NCBI RefSeq assembly: GCF_965641715.1 | Contig: NZ_OZ282455.1 | Direction: 5' to 3' (one strand) | Source of the DNA: Escherichia coli | GTDB taxonomy: Bacteria > Pseudomonadota > Gammaproteobacteria > Enterobacterales > Enterobacteriaceae | Length of the DNA: 64,000 bases | In this document: one piece after another, positions 61,630 through 64,000 of the stretch | Numbering within the stretch: position 1 is the first letter of the stretch | Layout of the letters: each line of letters opens with the position of its first letter | Notes under the pieces: generated by a model | Told to the model about the DNA's origin: nothing | Seen by the model: the letters and a program-made list of their open reading frames with translations, nothing else | Database searches by the model: none | Program-made: the position numbers and the translations under genes

Positions 61630-62184
61630 CTATGGGATGTTTACAAGGCGCTCCATAAAGCCGTGATGTTCGGCATTTGATACCAGTTCCAGGAGCAGGG
61701 ATATCCTCGACTCAGGCTGGAGAGTATTTTCCATTCTGAGGAGATACTGATATTGTGCTTTTGTCAGCCATATGCTGGAAGCCGCATTCAGCTCTTCCCT
61801 GGCTCCCGGATTTAGCACAGGGTCCGGGTAAATCTTCATTAATCCATCAACAATATCTTTATTGACGGGTTTTATTTCACCGCCAAACTTCACGAAATCA
61901 ATGAAGGCGCTATGGCGACGTAATGCCGATACTGGTTGAATGTCAAAATTAGCCAGAATAAAAAAGTACCCTGGAAAAATAGCGAATATTCTTTCACGGT
62001 AACAGCGCCTGGAGTCTGCCCGTCTTATCTTTCTTGTTATTAATGGAGTCCATGGTACGACGTTTTGCTCATTCAGCCATGAGAATAAAGATTCTCTGTT
62101 TTTGCCGGCTGTATTATATTGCGCAAGATACCAGTTCCGGTTATTCAGGTGTTCTATATTCACGAAGTTCAACGCTCCGCGCAA
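61630..62184 (-). CDS. traB: RfaH/NusG-like transcription antitermination factor (likely TraB)
   Basis: N-terminal NGN-like WYLAQY...LFPGYFFI and KOW-like FVKFGG motifs; track ORF begins at a TTG, true start uncertain. Confidence 0.6.
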   Translation of the reverse strand: MRGALNFVNIEHLNNRNWYLAQYNTAGKNRESLFSWLNEQNVVPWTPLITRKIRRADSRRCYRERIFAIFPGYFFILANFDIQPVSALRRHSAFIDFVKFGGEIKPVNKDIVDGLMKIYPDPVLNPGAREELNAASSIWLTKAQYQYLLRMENTLQPESRISLLLELVSNAEHHGFMERLVNIP

Positions 62185-62300
62185 AACCGATCCATGATGG
62201 ACGATTTTGCGATGTCAGGCGAATATGCTAAATCATATGTCTGAAGCAGTGTCCAGCCCATATCTGGATAAACTGCAGTTCTGACAGGCATATAACCAGC
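62168..62300. repeat. conserved ~135-bp intergenic element, copy B (at the 5' end of the NusG-like gene)
   Basis: See copy A. Confidence 0.6.
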
Positions 62301-62604
62301 AGACTCTAGTACGTTCTGTATCGGTGATTTGGCGAACTCACAGATAAAGAACGGCTAAGCACTAATATCAGCAATACAGTGGCACAGTATTGTGATACGC
62401 GAAATAAAACATCAGCACGTCAGTTCAGAGTAAGATCGCCATATATCGGGCATGAGCCAGATACAAATAACTGGGACACCGTCTGAAGTGATTTGCTTTA
62501 TTAAAGTAACTTGTGCTTGGTGTTTATGTTTATCAATTTGGGATCGCCTGTAAAGTGCAAAATGCAATTTCCATGAAAGTGTCCCCTTTAATGGGGACAC
62601 CTGT

Positions 62605-62913
62605 TCACATTTTTTCGTTTTCTTTAGCTGTATTGCTAATCATGAAAACGAAAGTTCGCATCAGCACAGCAGAGCGAAGTGCATCATATCCTTCCAGATT
62701 TAAATTCTTCAGGCTTCGCTTCAGGTAGGTTCGTACCGTTTCGGGAGAAAGCCGACAGTTCTGAGCAATGGCGTCGTAAGGAACACCCATTGCGTAAAAA
62801 ACGCAGACTTTAAGCTGGTTTGTTGATAGCTCGGGAAACATGCCTTCCAACAGAGTGATGGCCGGGAGTTTCTGTATCAGTTGAGGTGACATAGCAAAGG
62901 TCTCCGATGACAA
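62605..62913 (-). CDS. LuxR/GerE-type HTH transcriptional regulator (tra regulatory gene)
   Basis: C-terminal HTH pattern LKVCVFYAMGVPYDAIAQNCRLSPETVRTYLKRSLKNL. Confidence 0.55.
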   Translation of the reverse strand: MSSETFAMSPQLIQKLPAITLLEGMFPELSTNQLKVCVFYAMGVPYDAIAQNCRLSPETVRTYLKRSLKNLNLEGYDALRSAVLMRTFVFMISNTAKENEKM

Positions 62914-63230
62914 CTAAAAACGCTATCACCGAGTTCCTACGCTCATTGGTGATAGCCCAGACGGGGGTAGGAATACCGGCGTCATCGGAAACCGGCCAGG
63001 CTAATGCCTGCCCCGCCTGAGCTACCATAGATGACGACAAGAAATACAAGTTCCTGTCTTTATGGTATGGCAAAAAACGACGCCAAATGAAGAAATTAAC
63101 TTCTGCGCCGACGATGACTACGCGGGTTCCTACGCCCGATCACAGTTTTGCCTGTGACCAGTAAAGGGTACTTAGTATAACGCACCGAGTCAACTAACAG
63201 CTTAAAAAACATACAAAAAAGCGTCAAAAC

Positions 63231-63365
63231 TTAACGCTCCGCGCCGAAGCGATCCAGGCATGATGCTTCTGCTTTGTGGCGTTCGAACATGCTGGTCCAT
63301 ATGCACGAAACGGTGTCTGACCCTCGTCCAGACAATCCGCAGTTCTGACGAACATATGAACAAAT
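63231..63365. repeat. conserved ~135-bp intergenic element, copy C (upstream of the LuxR-type gene)
   Basis: See copy A. Confidence 0.6.
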
Positions 63366-63439
63366 ATGCTCTTGTAGAGGCTGTTGTTACACAATTGGCG
63401 GGTTGTGTAACAAATGGTTTTATCATCTAAGAATTATTC

Positions 63440-63600
63440 TATTTACGATCGAATGATCTACAAAATGATTTTTTAAAGGTTATTTAGATCGTTTAATTGC
63501 ATTAAAACAGAATATTATTCTGTTGGGTAGATCGGTTGTAAGATAAATGATCGTGAGTAGGACAAAAGTCGATCTTTTAATCCAAAAGAAAGATCTAAAG
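63440..63600. promoter_or_regulatory. AT-rich region with a cluster of GATC-containing short repeats
   Basis: At least seven GATC sites, mostly as (T)AGATC(G/T), within about 160 bp. Confidence 0.3.
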
Positions 63601-63892
63601 CAGAAAAATCTGCTTTTAAAAATAGATTTTATTTTTTTGACGCAGGTCAAGATTAACTTATTAGAGGTATCAGTGAGGAGGCACTGGAAGAGAAGAGATC
63701 GTTGTAATGCTTTTCAAATTAACGTAAAGCGGGTATATTTCGGCTGTTATTAGCTGTGCAGAGGGTGGCACTCTGTGGAGCAAAGCGGCGAAAGCCGGAC
63801 GGCAGAATGCGCCATAAGGCATTCAGGAGAGATGGCATGTACGGACAGTAAGTCAGAAGACTGAAGATGTTCCGGAAGCCATAAAAGGAAAA

Positions 63893-63943
63893 CCCCCACT
63901 ATCTTTCTTACGAACTTGGCGGAACGACGAAAGATAGTGGGGG
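63893..63943. promoter_or_regulatory. IncI-type replication-control stem-loop (target/antisense Inc RNA region); rep genes lie beyond the window
   Basis: Perfect 15-bp stem CCCCCACTATCTTTC / GAAAGATAGTGGGGG with a loop containing TTGGCG, the loop hexanucleotide I recall for IncI/IncB copy-number control RNAs. Confidence 0.45.
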
Positions 63944-64000
63944 CCTCACAGAATACGGGTAAAGTATAATGAAACCGTACCAGAGATTCAACCCTGTGCA

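Noticed and set aside
63547-63753. 68-aa ORF in the AT-rich region near the window end
   Set aside because: No RBS, extreme AT-richness, located in a probable promoter/control region.

Overview
This window reads as a near-complete transfer half of an IncI1-type conjugative plasmid (R64 / ColIb-P9 family), identified by reading the translated ORFs against remembered protein families; no database search was run. Order, low to high coordinate: 3' end of ssb; leading region (DUF905, ParB-like nuclease, psiB, psiA, ardA, several uncharacterised ORFs, two copies of an Frpo-like structured repeat); oriT with nikA-nikB; then, all on the minus strand, trbC-trbB-trbA, excA, traY through traE with sog and nuc, rci with a three-segment shufflon, pilV through pilK, and tra regulators; the window ends in the replication-control stem-loop. 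The pndCA (hok-type) module is on the plus strand between trbA and excA. Backbone calls are well supported by motifs and gene order. The best candidates for something undescribed are in the accessory parts: (1) an Rpn-family nuclease gene in the leading region with a GRMEG tandem repeat, an internal RpnS-like start and an extra standalone RpnS-like ORF; (2) a DinQ/TisB-like 35-aa hydrophobic peptide with tandem direct repeats between pndCA and excA; (3) uncharacterised ORFs directly downstream of the Frpo-like repeats; (4) a ~135-bp element present three times in tra/pil regulatory intergenic regions near an RfaH/NusG-like gene; (5) an in-frame amber codon truncating ardA. No rRNA, tRNA, CRISPR array or IS element was seen. 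Coordinates of small elements may be off by a base or two.
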